DNA of 64,000 nucleotides from Chiloscyllium plagiosum. Taxonomy: Eukaryota. Within the stretch, counting starts at the first letter, position 1. Each line of letters begins with the position of its first letter. The translations under genes were made by a program, and so were the position numbers. Below are positions 61,820-64,000 of the stretch, one piece after another. The notes under the pieces were generated by a model. It was not told the origin of the DNA, did no database searches, and saw only the letters and a program-made list of their open reading frames with translations. The stretch is taken from NCBI RefSeq assembly GCF_004010195.1, contig NC_057711.1, forward strand, positions 49,107,847 to 49,171,846, in the 5' to 3' direction.

Positions 61820-62555
61820 AAAACAAAAATAGAAGTTGCTGGAAAGACTCAGCAGATCTGGCAGCATCTGTGAAAAGAAATCGAAGAACTCCCACAGAAC
61901 TCTTATTTTTTTAAAAAAACCCACTGCCTCCAAGCTGATAATCCCCCAGCCCTTCTACCTCCTTCTGGAAATCCACAAACAGGGCTATCCTGGGCCGACT
62001 CATTGTTTCAGACTGTTCCTGCCCCACAGAACTCTTATTTAAAGAAGACCCCTTCGCCAGCTCCAACACTCTTTCTCCACCTGGACCCCTCTCCTTGGCC
62101 TTTTACCTGGACTCGATTTGTTCACTGAGAATTGTTCAGGTGACTTTGGTTACCTCATTTTCTCTGCACCCCACCTCACCCAATCCAACCTATCTCTCTC
62201 CAAACTGATTGCATTCCGTGTGCTTAGATCCAACCTTAACTGTGTTATTAAGCTGCTGATAAGGGTAGTGCTGGTGTAGTCTGACAGACTGACTTCTACA
62301 TGGTAAACGCTGAGTGCCAGCTCTCAGATACCTCCTCCAATCTTCCCCTGGACCATGACCCCACCATGGCACATCAGGCCATTGTATCAACGACAGTCAT
62401 TGACCTCATTTCATCTGGCAATCTTCCCCCTGCTGCCTCCAAGCTGATAATTCCCCCAGCCCTGCAGAGCTCTCTTCTACATCCTTCCAAAAATCCACAA
62501 ACAGGACCGCCCAGGCGACCCATTGTTTCAGCCCGCTCCTGCCCACAGAACTCTA
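61820..62555 (+). mobile_element. Decayed Penelope-like RT N-terminal region preceded by an inverted family B terminal fragment (61820-61880)
   Basis: ADKGSAGVV..TDFY..AECQLSDTSS...HDPT...DLISSG.LP; F(Y)ILPKIHKQDRPG.PIVSA are diagnostic PLE RT motifs. Confidence 0.85.
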
Positions 62556-63289
62556 ATCCATGGTTCTTTTGGCTATTAATTTATTAACTTACCTGAAAAT
62601 CCTTCAGTCATTCTTTAACTCAACCTTTTAATTTATTCATACCTCTTTGAATATTATACATCACTTATTCAGTGATAGGTTGACTATCAAAATTTCATGT
62701 CATCATCACTTGTAAGGTGATAAACAGTACCCTCCTCTATACCATTTCAAGTTGTGGAATGGTTATATTTGAGGAATACATACTTGTTGGGTTTCTACAC
62801 ACTAGGTAAGAAATCTGTGCAAAGCTGCTGAGATACAGGTTGATCAAGGTGATTCTTTGATTTATTGCACAATGCATGTTATTAAGCCCAGAGGACTAAT
62901 CAGAGACGAATCATAAGGGCATTGATTTTGTGAAGAAAATTTAAATCAGCTTGTCAATTTTTACATGGTCACTGCATATAGGCTTCAGAACGTCCCCACC
63001 ACACTACTGCCAATAAATTGCATAAAATATTCAACCTAATACTTCACATACCTTTAGTGGAGAAGCTGGCTGAATCTCGAAATTTGTGAAGTATGTGAAC
63101 TTTCCCTCCAGGACCCATTTTAAGTGCATTATGATTTCAAAGGGTTCTTCTCTTAAAAGTGAAGAGAAACAAGATAGTCTTCAAAACCTTCACAAGTGAC
63201 ATGGTTGATGGGGTAACTGTCGTCTCTGCTGAGGTGGGAAATTGGGAGATAGTAACCACAACAACATTGAATACAGTGCAAAGAAAAGT

Positions 63290-63392
63290 GGAAACTGAAA
63301 AAGAAAATGCTGGAGAAATGCAGCAGGTCTGGCAGCAACTTGTAGAGGATAAACTAATGTTAATACTTTGAGACAAGTGACCATTCATCAAA
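63290..63392 (-). mobile_element. PLE family B terminal-repeat fragment
   Basis: gaaaatgctggagaaatgcagcaggtctggcagca...gtgaccattcatcaaaac; homologous to 23625-23725. Confidence 0.65.
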
Positions 63393-64000
63393 ACAAAAAA
63401 GCATGCCAGCAGGGCTCAATCTGTGTGAGACAACTTGTAGGCCTGAAGAAGAGCATCCAATATGGAGTCTCAGACTTCATTCAGAAAAGACCAGTGAGCT
63501 GCTGATACCTTCTGCCACTACCTAGACAGCTCACTGGACAACTGGATTTGAATCATTGGCAGGTGCCTTAGATCCTGCGAGGGAGGATTTAATATGATCA
63601 GGATGCTTTCAAATGGATGGTAATAGTCTTTGATGCTTCAATGAAGCCACTTGAAGCACATGTAGCATTCATACTAAAAAAAAAGGACTAGACAGTTCAC
63701 AATGATCAATAGCAGAGGAAAAGAAATTAAGTAAATAGCAAAAAGCAAACTGTTGTAAACAAGCTAAAAAGGAGAAGCATGATAAGACCCAGCACCAAAT
63801 AGTCAATGAGGATATCGTTCAAAACTTTGGTCAAATTGTGATTTGAGTGTGAGGAAACATTTCAGAGAGAAACTGAACTGGAGGATGGGCATGGAAAAAA
63901 ATACAACACTTCAAGATTTTTTTTTAAATTTGGATAACAGATTGTAGGTTATTGGGATGAAGAGATGTTGCTATGAAACTTGCACTTATCTCTCCACCCT

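Overview
Eukaryotic, AT-rich, repeat-dense non-coding DNA, almost certainly from a cartilaginous fish (shark). The evidence is HE1-type V-SINEs, SacSINE1-type Deu-SINEs and abundant shark-type CR1 LINEs. No host protein-coding gene could be confidently identified; nearly all ORFs in the track are decayed transposon fragments or chance ORFs. Roughly half the window is mobile-element debris: CR1, a second CR1/L2-group LINE, L2, Rex1, Penelope-like elements (PLEs), Harbinger transposase and Myb/SANT remnants, Tigger-like MITEs and solo LTR-like pieces. TE-poor, motif-rich blocks (about 37.1-39.9 kb and 53.6-60.2 kb) look like conserved enhancers in an intron or gene desert. The most striking system is a set of fold-back (palindromic) insertions derived from the 3' terminal repeats of at least three PLE families. 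They typically have ~15-bp target-site duplications and carry minimal hammerhead-ribozyme cores (CUGANGA-A-helix II-GAAA-CGUC), and the fold-back point repeatedly falls at the ribozyme. Family names come from my recognition of motifs, not from database searches, and boundaries of old elements are approximate.
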